Shown here: one piece after another, positions 18,967 to 28,457 of the stretch
How positions within the stretch are numbered: position 1 is the first letter of the stretch
How the letters are laid out: each line of letters begins with the position of its first letter
NCBI GenBank assembly: GCA_045532035.1
Contig: JAZSFD010000107.1
Coordinates: forward strand, 383 to 64,382
From: Eubacteriales bacterium
Lineage (GTDB): Bacteria > Bacillota > Clostridia > Oscillospirales > CAG-382
DNA length: 64,000 nt
Direction of reading: 5' to 3'
Notes under the pieces: generated by a model
What the model was told of the DNA's origin: nothing
The model's database searches: none
What the model saw: only the letters and a program-made list of their open reading frames with translations
Program-made: the position numbers and the translations under genes

Positions 18967-19734
18967 TTATTCTTTATACTTATTGATGGTTTCCATGAGA
19001 AATTCAATAGCCTTATCTGTGCCGCATACGAAGCTTGAGGGGCGTTCATACTGGATGGGATTGCCGTCCCAGTCGCAGCATCTGCAACCGCATTCCTCAA
19101 GCATGAGAGAAGCTGCGGCATAATCCCATGGCTTGATTTCGCGTTCAAAGTAGCCGTTTATTTTTCCTGTTGCCACATATGCAATGGCAAGAGCCGAAGA
19201 GCACATCCTTCTGAGATCAAGACAGTTTTTGAACACTTCTTTTGCAATAGCAAAGCTCTGCTCGGTATACTGTTTTTTTGTGGAGCCTGCGCCAAATTCA
19301 ATAATGCACGAGGAAAGATCACGATCGGAAGCTTTTCCGAACTTTTTCCCGTTCAGCGTCACACCTTCTCCGCGTTTGGATATGAAAATATCTTTGTTGA
19401 AGGGATTGTAAATTACGCCAAAATCCACTTTTTTGCCGTCAAAGTATGCCAGTGAAACAGAACTGAGGTTGTAGTCGTAAACGAGGTTTGTTGTGCCGTC
19501 GATGGGATCGAGTATCCATCGTCTTTCGGAAATCTCGCCCTCTTCTTCTTCGCTCATAAATCCGATGTCGGGAGTGAGCGAAGCCAGTTCTTTTTTCAGA
19601 AAGGAGCTTATTTTAAGATCAACTGCGGTTACATAATCTGCCGCGCCTTTCATGCTGACGTCAGCTGCAAGTTTTTCATCAAAAACAAATTCTCCTGCTT
19701 GCTTGACAAGCTCGATTATTGCTGTATGATCCAT
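18967..19734 (-). CDS. Inositol monophosphatase (IMPase/SuhB/CysQ) family phosphatase
   Basis: Family motifs DYVTAVD, SEEE, WILDPIDGTTN and WDYAAASLMLEECG. The start is ATG 19734 (MDHTAII) with AGGAGA upstream, 10 nt after the stop of the DUF4062 gene. Confidence 0.85.
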   Translation of the reverse strand: MDHTAIIELVKQAGEFVFDEKLAADVSMKGAADYVTAVDLKISSFLKKELASLTPDIGFMSEEEEGEISERRWILDPIDGTTNLVYDYNLSSVSLAYFDGKKVDFGVIYNPFNKDIFISKRGEGVTLNGKKFGKASDRDLSSCIIEFGAGSTKKQYTEQSFAIAKEVFKNCLDLRRMCSSALAIAYVATGKINGYFEREIKPWDYAAASLMLEECGCRCCDWDGNPIQYERPSSFVCGTDKAIEFLMETINKYKE

Positions 19735-19744
19735 TGTTTTTCTC

Positions 19745-20776
19745 CTATATGGTTTTAATAACGCTGCCTCGAGCCTCAAGGAGGAATTCATCACGTTCTT
19801 CTTTGCTTCTGAAAACGAAAATTCGTCCGAGCTTTGGCGAAGGTGCTTCGTCATGGAATTCGCCTTCAAATCTTTCGGTCGTCGCTTCGGAGATGTCGAG
19901 CATAAAGTCGTGGATTCCTCTGCGCGAGCCCTTTTCTACAACAGTATCGCCAAAGCTGTCTGTAAACATACGCTTTGTGTCAAAAATTCCGAAAATTGTT
20001 CCGTTTTCACGCAGGGTGTAATCTCCGACAAAATGAGAATTTTTCATTTTATCTTCGACGAGTTTGTGTTGTTCCTTGTCATAGTGCTTTATGCTGAAGT
20101 TGTTTCCGTCCAAGTGAAGCTGAGTGAATTTTTCCGGGGTGAACTCCTGGGTTATATTGATTGTACCGGTTCTTATGTAATCCTCATTTTCATTATTCAA
20201 ATGAACATGATACCACAGACCGGAAAGATCAAACACTTTGTTTTTTTCTTTCCATTCATCAAAATCTTTGCTGCCCGACTGAATGGGAGTAACTCTTGAC
20301 CATCCGATACATTTTGAAAAATTGTATGTGTTGAAGAATTGACCAAGAATTTTTCCGATGGTAAATTCTGATGTGATTCTTCTCGGGTGAAGGATCTTTT
20401 TGCTGAATTCGATCTGTTTTTTCTGGTCATCAGACAAAAGCGAAGCGTCCTTGTCGAGGTTTTTTACAAGCTCGTCGCACATAATAACGATCATCGGCTT
20501 TTCTTTTGAGGACGCATAATTATATTCGCGCTCTGTCCAGGATATGCCGTTTTGATCGCATGAGCCGTAATACTCACCCATCAACATAACGAAGAAGTCG
20601 GAATCGTCAATGAGTTCTGCAATTCCGGAGAATTCGTCTCCGGTAGAAATTGTGAAATGCTCCATTCCGATCGGCATGATGCGAAAATCGAGCAAATGGT
20701 TTATTACTTCACTTCGCTCATCGCGCAGACTTTCAAAAGCTGAAGAAATAAAGGCGGTATATACTTTTTTGACCAT
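19745..20776 (-). CDS. DUF4062-domain protein with an uncharacterised beta-rich C-terminal half
   Basis: The N-terminus VYTAFISSAFESLRDERSEVINHLLDFRIMPIGMEHF fits the DUF4062 signature as I recall it (vFISSTf.DL..eR..v...i...g..Pv.mE.F). aa ~185-343 carry no motif I recognise. The gene starts 13 nt after the stop of the 1811-aa gene, with an AAGGAA RBS. Confidence 0.6.
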   Translation of the reverse strand: MVKKVYTAFISSAFESLRDERSEVINHLLDFRIMPIGMEHFTISTGDEFSGIAELIDDSDFFVMLMGEYYGSCDQNGISWTEREYNYASSKEKPMIVIMCDELVKNLDKDASLLSDDQKKQIEFSKKILHPRRITSEFTIGKILGQFFNTYNFSKCIGWSRVTPIQSGSKDFDEWKEKNKVFDLSGLWYHVHLNNENEDYIRTGTINITQEFTPEKFTQLHLDGNNFSIKHYDKEQHKLVEDKMKNSHFVGDYTLRENGTIFGIFDTKRMFTDSFGDTVVEKGSRRGIHDFMLDISEATTERFEGEFHDEAPSPKLGRIFVFRSKEERDEFLLEARGSVIKTI

Positions 20777-20789
20777 TTTTTGTTCCTTA

Positions 20790-23700
20790 TCAATTGAGAT
20801 AAATATGAAGAATATTTAGCTCCTCGTTTGTCCGATGCAAAATACTGCTCGGTTTCTTTTTAAGATCGGAATTTGCTATGATATCAAAGAAGCCTTGCTT
20901 TTCAATAAGGCGGTCTTTGAAAAGACGCAGCATTTCGGGGGAGGAGAGCTTGAACGAAACGCTCTTTGCTCCTGCGTTCAGCTTTGCCGTCAAAAGCTTA
21001 TTTACCTGCTTTGCATCATATTCTTTGAAGAAAAGCTTGCTTCTGACAAAATAGTTGCAGGAGGTGGCGGTGCATTCGGGATAAAGCTGAGCATCGCTGA
21101 TATTTCTAGATCTGAGAAGCTCTTGCATTGTGATACAGAAATAATCATATGTCATGTCTTTTCCGCCGTCTTTTCGGGAGTCTGTGTTGCTCCTGTCATC
21201 CCAGGTGACATCCACATAATAGTAGTTGCCCTCAAGCTTGACGATATTCCATGCGTGCCACTCGCCGTCGTTGCACTGTCCTTTTACAAATGCACATTCG
21301 ATGCCAAGGCGGTTCATAAGATATTGGAAAGCCTTTGCATAGCCTGCGCAGACAGCTTTCTTTTCGACAAAAACGCCAAAGATAGAGCGGAGATTGTCAG
21401 GTTTCTTGTCGCTGTGGACATCTTGCTCCTGTTCTTCAAGTCCCAATGAGTCATAGTCGATAAGATCAACTATGTTCTCATGCGCAAGAAGTGCAACAGT
21501 GTAGTCGCTCATCGAAACATTTATGCCCTTGAAGAAGGGTTTGACTGCCGATTCGATCTGTTTTTTCCTGCGGGAGACCTCGGATTTTGTCATGATATAG
21601 TTCAAAATGACATTTGTGACTGTGCCGTAGCTGTCATAATGGGTCTGCGCGTAGGTGCGTGCTGTCCAGAAAATGTCGGGATTGTCTCTGATGACGATTT
21701 CCACAAGCTCGCCGATTCTCTCCTTGCTGACCGATCTTACGGGAGGACCCATTTCTGTTTTGAGCTCCATGATTGCCTGATAGATCTGATCATAGACCTC
21801 TTTTTCGTCAGCCGACAGACGGTTGTACCAGAATCTTGGTATGTTGTCGGGAGTACGCTCGGCGATTATCATATCCGGATCTTCCGGTTCGGGCTCGGGA
21901 ATCTCGGGCTCTTCGGGAGCCTCGGGGTCGCGGAGCTTGGTTCTCTTCTGTTTAAGCTCGCTTCCGCAAAGCAGAGCAAAGCTGTCTGTTGTGTTTTCGG
22001 CCGAAAGCAGCTTTTTCAGCTCGTCAAGTCCCGGACTTTGTGCATAGAGCTCTGAAAGAGCATCTGCCTCATTGGTATAATTGAGCGCGTAAAGCACCTG
22101 CATTTCAACATAGTTGGGATGAGCCTTGAAGATATCCGAGCCGTCGTTTACGATATTCTTTTCCTGCCACAGCTCTGTGATAAGTCTTGCGATGACTCCT
22201 GCTGCCGACACTGCGGGCAAACCGAACTCGACATAAACAGAGTTTGTCGCGTGATTGCAATAGCCGATGGGAAGCTCAGGTCCTGTTTTGTTGAATCTTG
22301 AAATAAGATCCTTTGTGGAAACAAAATCAATGCTGATATCCTTGGGGAAGCTATTGGGAACCTCAGTGCTTTCAAGGATGCTGTCACGCACAGAATCAAA
22401 GAGTTTTTCAAGCCCCTCAAAGGTATTGACAGAGCTTTCGATGCAGCTGTGACAAATGACTCTTCCATCCTCAAGAAGCTGTCCCTCATTGTGCTTTATT
22501 GCTTTGTGGCAGAAGAAGCAGGTGTTTGCATCCTTCTTTCTGACAAGCTCAGACCTTTCGATCTCATGTCTGAACTGCCTGAGAAGTACCTCCAGCTGTG
22601 TGATATCAAATATGTCGGGACACTCGGAATAACCAAAGTTGAGATAGTTGAAATCCTTGCCTGCGGGAGAGGTTGCCCATGCGAGAAAATCTGCAACAAC
22701 ATGAAGAAGATTTGTTACAACGATGCCCTCGCCGTCGATAAGAGTTTCGATAACTCCGTTGCTCGGCTCGGTATCCTCGATGATGGCAAATCTGATGCGT
22801 TTTGATTTTTCGGAGGCGTTCTGCTCTTCGCGAGCGGGTTCCTTGGGTGTTTCTGTCTGTGATTCGTCCTGATCGGCATCTGCAGCAACACCGGAGGCTT
22901 CGTCGGAAATGTCAGCTTCTTCGGACGGGATTTCGGGTTGAATTGTGTCGGAGGCCTTTGATTCCTCGGTCTCTTTAGCCTTTGCAGCTTCTTTTTCTTC
23001 CGCTGAAGCGCTTTCTTCAAGGATGATTGTGGGATAGAGATCGCGGATTGCCGAATGCTCCGAGAAGAACTCTTCTTCGTTTACATCATCAAAGAGGGGA
23101 CACACCGAAATACATCTGTACTGATGAGGGAACAGAGTCTTCATCATCTCGTTGAGTATGACAGAAAGGGTGTATGTAAGCTTGGGATTACTGTCAGCCT
23201 TCATATCAAGCGTGACAACAAGCATTTTTGATTTGATGTTTCTTCTGAGCTTTTCAAGAAGCTCGGGATTTGAACGCAGATTGATGTATTTTGCAAAATT
23301 GGTTTTTGCAAGGTCTACATTCTGAACCGCTTTTTCGATGGAATAATAACCGACGGTATCAACGGTTATATCTGCATTAACAAGCTCAAAGCCGACATGG
23401 TAAACAATGCTGTCCTTTGCTCTGAAATCAGGGCCGAAGGTTCTCAGGGTGACGGGGTTTTTGACGTTATATATTCTTGTCTGGATATAATCCATGGGAA
23501 TATTAACGCTTGGACCTGTGTCATCAAGGAACAGTGTTCCGTTTTTGATCGAGATGTCCTTGATGGTATAAGGACGGTTGTTTCTTGTAATGATCTGACC
23601 GGGAATGAAATGCTGTGTGATCTTATTCCTGAAGATCGAAAGATATTCAACGCTTTGAGTGTTGACATATTCGAGTCTGACGGTTTTTGTGGATTCAAGA

Positions 23701-26225
23701 AGCTTCTTGAAAAGACCGTTGGAATCCTCGAAGCGTACATATGTTACTGTTTCAAGGCGGGAATTGAGGAACTTTCTGAGGTTATAGCGGGGCTGATAAT
23801 CCTCGATGGGACCGAAGGCTGTTTCGTAGCAAAGGCGCACACATTTGTCAAGATCCTCACGGCTTTCGCTGAAGCAGTCTTTTTCTTCGCATTTGAGCTT
23901 GTCGCCGAGCAATTCGTAGGCGCGCTTGAGGAAAACGCCCTTTTCCATTCCGTTCACAGCGTCACAAAGAAGAATGATGACGCCTGCTTTGCTGGGATCG
24001 GCGTGTTCGCACATGGTCTCACCGATAAGCTCGAAACGGGAAACGTAATTCTGAGCGCGCGCGGTGAAATAGTCTCTCAGAAGATACGGCTTGCTGATAA
24101 CGTGCAGAACCGAAGAGCTTCTTCCCGAATATCTGGAATAATTGTAGATGGCGTTCGGCAAATCGAAAGCGTCATCCGAAACGATGACATATCCTGTATT
24201 TCCGTCGGAAATGTCACAGCTGTTCATGCAAAGTCCGGGGATCTCGTTCAACTGGCTGTTGTATACCGCTGTCTCTGAAATCAGGTTTATGTTTGAAACT
24301 CCGTCATCGCTGGCATCCTTTGAAAGCTGGACTTCGAGAGCCACCTGATTGGCGCCGTTATCGACATAAAGTGCCGAGGATATTCCCGTGTGCCAGACAA
24401 AAACATCATTTTTGGAGGACAGACCGAAGGAATTGAAGGTTTCAAGAGGTTCGTCACCAAGGTTGAAAAACTGTCTGATGCTGTTGTCGATGGCGTGAAT
24501 GTGACCGTTTGAAAGAAAACGGTATCTTACTCTTTTTGCGGTTTTTGAATTGAATTCGGGATCGTTCACTTGTGATTTGTTGCAAAGAGAGGAGTATCTT
24601 TCCAGCTTTTTTGCAATTATCAGGCAGTAATAATTGTTTGCGGAGAGCACCTTGTCGGTGTTGGGAATAAATACATCCACAAGCTCGTTGAAGAAGCTCT
24701 TTCCGTAGACAAACAGATCCTTTTCGAGGAATTGCGCAGGAGTCAGCATGAGTATATCAGGCTTTTCTCCTTTGTACATATCGTCAAAGGTGCTGATCCT
24801 CCACAGCGCCTGATTTGTTTTTGTGATATGGAGGAAGCCTTCTTTGAGGTATTCAGAGGCTTTTTTGATCTCCTTTTCGTCTTCGCAGATGAAAAGGACA
24901 CGTGTTCCGAATGAGAGCTTCACAAAAAGATAATGAATAATGTATTCACCAAGCGATGAATAGAGGGAGGAGTCGAAAAGAATGTGCTTGTCGTCAAGCA
25001 TTGACTCGATTCCCTGCATATAAGCGTTGTTGATGATCTTTTTGTTGGCTCTGATGGCTTTTGCCATGTTCTGAACCGCCTGCTTTTTCTCGTTGAGATT
25101 ATATGAGCTTTTTGAGGCGGAGGAGTCGGTGTTGAAGGTTTTGATGCGATAGCTTTGACCATATTTGTCAAGAAGCTGCTTGCGGTGGCTGTCGACATCC
25201 TGCTTTTCTTCTTCATAAACACCCTTGGCAAACGAAAGAGCGGGATCCTTCGCTTCGTCGGGCTTTTTATATTCTCCGTCAATAAAGCGGAGTATCTCAA
25301 AAAGCAGGATCAAAGAGATCATGGGGTAGAGATAAGTGTTGCTGACAAGCCACTGGGCAACCGAGTAGAAGCCGGGAAATTTTGTAAATGAGAAAAATAC
25401 AGGGAGAAGCATGGCAAGGCATATGATAAGATATACCACAGCCAGAAGAAACAGAAAATATTTCAGTTCATTTGCCCATCTGAAGGTAGAGGTCTTGACA
25501 TATCTGAAGTTTTCCTGCTTGTTATAAAACAGACCGATGAACTTGAACCACAGCTCCTTAACAAGCTCACCGAGAGTGACAGCTTTGTCTTCCTCGTATA
25601 CTTTTTCGGAGGTGACGGTATCTGTTATTTCTTCGGTGTCGGGATTCTCGGCGATATAATCGGAGGAGATGACCTTGACATTTTTGTTTTTTGATACATT
25701 CTTAAAAACCAGAACCGAATCACGGCGAAGCAGCTTCAAACGCTTTAAGAAAGAATCGCGGTTCTTTTTTTCTCCTGCGTTTTGAGGGGGAGAGGTAATC
25801 TTTTTTCTTTTTTTGTCGGAGGTATCCTCAGAAGAGTTCTTGCTGTTTTTGAAAAATGTCGAATCAAGAAACGCCCGTAAGATCTTTTTTGCCACCAGGA
25901 AGATATATGCGATTATGAGGTTGGAGAGAATAATTACAGCAACACTCACGGTATATACCGCTCTTGCGGGAATCAAACCTATAAGCCACGATAAGAGACC
26001 GAGCTTCAGCAGCCAGTCGAGCAGATTTTTCAACAGGGGGGCGAAGCACAAAAGAAGCAGTCCGAGGAAAATTGTTTCGAGCACAAAGCAGATGTTTCTC
26101 CATCTGCGGCTTTTTGTGTAGCCCACAGATGCCAGAGAGAAAGAAAACTTGTGCGGAAAAAAGGGAAGACACAAAAGGGCGAGAATAACAATGATCGCAA
26201 GTATTTTAAGCGGCAACAGGATCAT
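20790..26225 (-). CDS. 1811-aa polytopic membrane protein with Zn-ribbon, acidic disordered segment and C-terminal transglutaminase-like (papain-fold Cys-His-Asp) domain
   Basis: Hydrophobic helices at aa 1-120 (nt ~25865-26225) and aa ~255-315 (nt ~25290-25470). An acidic low-complexity stretch lies at nt ~22800-23020 (EESASAEEKEAAKAKETEESKASD..DADQDESQTE). CxxC..CxxC motif (CFFCHK..ICHSC) at nt 22440-22525. PE-rich linker (PEAPEEPEIPEPEPEDPD) at nt ~21870-21935. The transglutaminase core is AVCAGYAKAFQYLMNRLGIECAFVKG..EWHAWNIVKLEGNYYYVDVTWDD, with the Cys codon at 21348-21350. The GGAGG RBS and ATG overlap the upstream stop (ATGA). Confidence 0.7.
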   Translation of the reverse strand: MILLPLKILAIIVILALLCLPFFPHKFSFSLASVGYTKSRRWRNICFVLETIFLGLLLLCFAPLLKNLLDWLLKLGLLSWLIGLIPARAVYTVSVAVIILSNLIIAYIFLVAKKILRAFLDSTFFKNSKNSSEDTSDKKRKKITSPPQNAGEKKNRDSFLKRLKLLRRDSVLVFKNVSKNKNVKVISSDYIAENPDTEEITDTVTSEKVYEEDKAVTLGELVKELWFKFIGLFYNKQENFRYVKTSTFRWANELKYFLFLLAVVYLIICLAMLLPVFFSFTKFPGFYSVAQWLVSNTYLYPMISLILLFEILRFIDGEYKKPDEAKDPALSFAKGVYEEEKQDVDSHRKQLLDKYGQSYRIKTFNTDSSASKSSYNLNEKKQAVQNMAKAIRANKKIINNAYMQGIESMLDDKHILFDSSLYSSLGEYIIHYLFVKLSFGTRVLFICEDEKEIKKASEYLKEGFLHITKTNQALWRISTFDDMYKGEKPDILMLTPAQFLEKDLFVYGKSFFNELVDVFIPNTDKVLSANNYYCLIIAKKLERYSSLCNKSQVNDPEFNSKTAKRVRYRFLSNGHIHAIDNSIRQFFNLGDEPLETFNSFGLSSKNDVFVWHTGISSALYVDNGANQVALEVQLSKDASDDGVSNINLISETAVYNSQLNEIPGLCMNSCDISDGNTGYVIVSDDAFDLPNAIYNYSRYSGRSSSVLHVISKPYLLRDYFTARAQNYVSRFELIGETMCEHADPSKAGVIILLCDAVNGMEKGVFLKRAYELLGDKLKCEEKDCFSESREDLDKCVRLCYETAFGPIEDYQPRYNLRKFLNSRLETVTYVRFEDSNGLFKKLLESTKTVRLEYVNTQSVEYLSIFRNKITQHFIPGQIITRNNRPYTIKDISIKNGTLFLDDTGPSVNIPMDYIQTRIYNVKNPVTLRTFGPDFRAKDSIVYHVGFELVNADITVDTVGYYSIEKAVQNVDLAKTNFAKYINLRSNPELLEKLRRNIKSKMLVVTLDMKADSNPKLTYTLSVILNEMMKTLFPHQYRCISVCPLFDDVNEEEFFSEHSAIRDLYPTIILEESASAEEKEAAKAKETEESKASDTIQPEIPSEEADISDEASGVAADADQDESQTETPKEPAREEQNASEKSKRIRFAIIEDTEPSNGVIETLIDGEGIVVTNLLHVVADFLAWATSPAGKDFNYLNFGYSECPDIFDITQLEVLLRQFRHEIERSELVRKKDANTCFFCHKAIKHNEGQLLEDGRVICHSCIESSVNTFEGLEKLFDSVRDSILESTEVPNSFPKDISIDFVSTKDLISRFNKTGPELPIGYCNHATNSVYVEFGLPAVSAAGVIARLITELWQEKNIVNDGSDIFKAHPNYVEMQVLYALNYTNEADALSELYAQSPGLDELKKLLSAENTTDSFALLCGSELKQKRTKLRDPEAPEEPEIPEPEPEDPDMIIAERTPDNIPRFWYNRLSADEKEVYDQIYQAIMELKTEMGPPVRSVSKERIGELVEIVIRDNPDIFWTARTYAQTHYDSYGTVTNVILNYIMTKSEVSRRKKQIESAVKPFFKGINVSMSDYTVALLAHENIVDLIDYDSLGLEEQEQDVHSDKKPDNLRSIFGVFVEKKAVCAGYAKAFQYLMNRLGIECAFVKGQCNDGEWHAWNIVKLEGNYYYVDVTWDDRSNTDSRKDGGKDMTYDYFCITMQELLRSRNISDAQLYPECTATSCNYFVRSKLFFKEYDAKQVNKLLTAKLNAGAKSVSFKLSSPEMLRLFKDRLIEKQGFFDIIANSDLKKKPSSILHRTNEELNILHIYLN

Positions 26226-28417
26226 ACATTTTCCTCCTTCCCATTGTTGTCGGATGTGTTAAGGTCAAGTACAGAATAGATTTTCTGGTTGTCCTTGTCG
26301 TAATAGGATTTTTCGCCGTACAGCGAGAGTCCCGATTCATCAAAGTTGTTTTTGCTTTCATCGTCGAGATCGTTTTCGCTGAAGTCGAGCTTCAGGGTTG
26401 TGATAAAGCGTTTGACTCTTCGTTCAAGATGGTCGAGTCTTACGATGTGATTGTTTTTCATCATGAGCTTTCTGCTGTTTCTGTCGTTGCGCTTTGAGAT
26501 TTCTCTTCTCAGCAGATAGTGGCTTTCGGCGTCAACAATTACATCTCGGTAGTATTCATAAAGCGCTTCAATGCTTTCTCTGCGTTCCTTTTCACTCTGT
26601 TCCTTGTATGTTTCAAGTTCGCTTATAAGCGTTCTCTTCTTTCTCATTATAAGGCTTGAATAGAAGCTGACGGCGCCGCCGTAGAGAACTGCAAAGCCTG
26701 CGGTGAAAAGAACATACATGATCTTGTGGAGCAGATTCTCATTGGCAGATGCGCCCTGAATGAAAAGAAAAGGCAAAATCGAAATGAGAACTGCGATTCC
26801 GGCACCGATCTGCGCCAGCAGATATATCTTACCTTTTTTTGCGGTGTCTACATATTTAATAATAAGATTCTTTGTTTCGAGCAAAATGTTTTCGTTTGAA
26901 GAAAGCTTGTGCTCGGCTTCGGTGACCTTGTTTATAAGCTCTGTATATTCGCGGTCGAAGTCCTCCTCCACCATGACCATTTCGGCGCGGGTATCGGAGG
27001 TGCTGGAAACTGCAGGGTTCTGACCTTTCGCATTGTCGGTCAGGTTTTGTTTTTGGCGGCAGGCTTCTGCCACATTGACAAAATCGTCATCGGTCTGCTT
27101 ATCGCGCCAGTTCCAGAAGCCCTTGAGACAATCTTTTATGACAGAGTCGTTCTGGCTCTTGATGATCTCGGGGTCGTAATTGTTGAAAATGTCTGCGGCG
27201 ATGTCGCCGAATCTTTTGTCTGTTTTGGTTGGCTTGAAGATCGGAAGAACATCTTCTGATCTGAGTCGCTTTTCGCTGCTGTCGGGTTTCAACAGCTCGT
27301 CGATGTTTTTTGCAGGGGATTCGGCATGAGCTGTTTTTTTGCGTTCTTCATAGATGCATTTCTTGGCGTTGTACAGCTCTATTACCGGTTCAAGCTCTAT
27401 TGTGATGTTTTCTTCTTTGGAAAAATATGTATATTTTCTCAGTGCTTCCAGGAGCACCTTTTTGATTTCGTCTTTGGAATAATTCTTAATGTTGTTTAAG
27501 ACAGTCTGTTCCTGCACACAGGTGAAAATGTTTGCAAGAACATTAAAATATCCCTCAAGCAGGCTTTGCTCATTTTCAGTAACTATATCAAATGCGAAAG
27601 CCGAGATGCTGAAGCTGTTAACAATATGACTGCTGATGTCAAACTCTCTGACAGAGGAGTGCTCTCCGTTTTTGTTCCAGTTGTTTATCAATTCTGTTAC
27701 AGCGGCAAGGGCAATATCGATCACATGGACATTTTTGGCTGATGCTTTTATTGCCTTATCGGTCTCGCTGAAGATCGAGCTGAAATCAAGGCTGTCAAGC
27801 TTTGTTTTGTTCCACAAAATATCATCAGCTTTGCTGTCTTCTGTCCATGAAAATATATCAAGTATGTTTTTTTCGGTTTTTGAACGTTTTTTTCCGTTAG
27901 ACTGCGTTGTAATGTCGTCGCCTATGAGGTCTCCGTCATCGGAGCGCGCGACAGAACGGTTCTTTTTTTCGGCTTCGAGGATGCGTTTTCTTTCGTTTTC
28001 TTCGGCCTCCTCGGGATTTGCGGCGGAATATTCGATCTCGGTTTTTGAATATTTGAATGAATCAACAAAGAAGATCGCCGCCTGATTAGGTCTAAGGTCG
28101 TGATTTGCCTTAAGGGGATCGATAAGGAAAGCGGAAAGGTATTTTGTGAGCAACACCTTGTAAATTGCGGAAACTTCCTTTTCCTGACTGCGGTATAATC
28201 CGTACAGGTCGACAAGAACCAAGAGATTATAGTTCCTGTCGACTGTATCGGCGTTGTCAATGAGTTCACGCTCGATGATGGCGGGATAATTCGCAATATT
28301 GCAGAATTTATCCTCATCGAACCATATCAAGCTGCTTTGATCAAAAGGAGCTTTGAACAGAATATTAAGTTGTGTTTTTTTGGCTTCAACAGAAGTGTTT
28401 ATGACTATTGTTCTCAT
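26222..28417 (-). CDS. 731-aa membrane protein of unknown function (cytoplasmic alpha/beta N-domain, two-helix membrane hairpin, basic coiled-coil tail)
   Basis: Long ORF with an AAAGGAG RBS. Two hydrophobic helices (LLAQIGAGIAVLISILPFLFI, IMYVLFTAGFAVLYGGAVSFYSSLIM) lie at nt ~26650-26835. The stop overlaps the start of the 1811-aa gene. I recognise no family motif. Confidence 0.6.
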   Translation of the reverse strand: MRTIVINTSVEAKKTQLNILFKAPFDQSSLIWFDEDKFCNIANYPAIIERELIDNADTVDRNYNLLVLVDLYGLYRSQEKEVSAIYKVLLTKYLSAFLIDPLKANHDLRPNQAAIFFVDSFKYSKTEIEYSAANPEEAEENERKRILEAEKKNRSVARSDDGDLIGDDITTQSNGKKRSKTEKNILDIFSWTEDSKADDILWNKTKLDSLDFSSIFSETDKAIKASAKNVHVIDIALAAVTELINNWNKNGEHSSVREFDISSHIVNSFSISAFAFDIVTENEQSLLEGYFNVLANIFTCVQEQTVLNNIKNYSKDEIKKVLLEALRKYTYFSKEENITIELEPVIELYNAKKCIYEERKKTAHAESPAKNIDELLKPDSSEKRLRSEDVLPIFKPTKTDKRFGDIAADIFNNYDPEIIKSQNDSVIKDCLKGFWNWRDKQTDDDFVNVAEACRQKQNLTDNAKGQNPAVSSTSDTRAEMVMVEEDFDREYTELINKVTEAEHKLSSNENILLETKNLIIKYVDTAKKGKIYLLAQIGAGIAVLISILPFLFIQGASANENLLHKIMYVLFTAGFAVLYGGAVSFYSSLIMRKKRTLISELETYKEQSEKERRESIEALYEYYRDVIVDAESHYLLRREISKRNDRNSRKLMMKNNHIVRLDHLERRVKRFITTLKLDFSENDLDDESKNNFDESGLSLYGEKSYYDKDNQKIYSVLDLNTSDNNGKEENV

Positions 28418-28457
28418 TCTGTAAAAACTCCTTTGATCGTGTGATTATTTTAATGGA

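Noticed and set aside
24590-24980. A possible helicase/DEAD-like domain in the 1811-aa protein
   Set aside because: There is only a faint resemblance (LMLTPAQF, VDVFIPNTD), and no Walker A or DExx motif. I keep it as an untested idea and do not annotate it.
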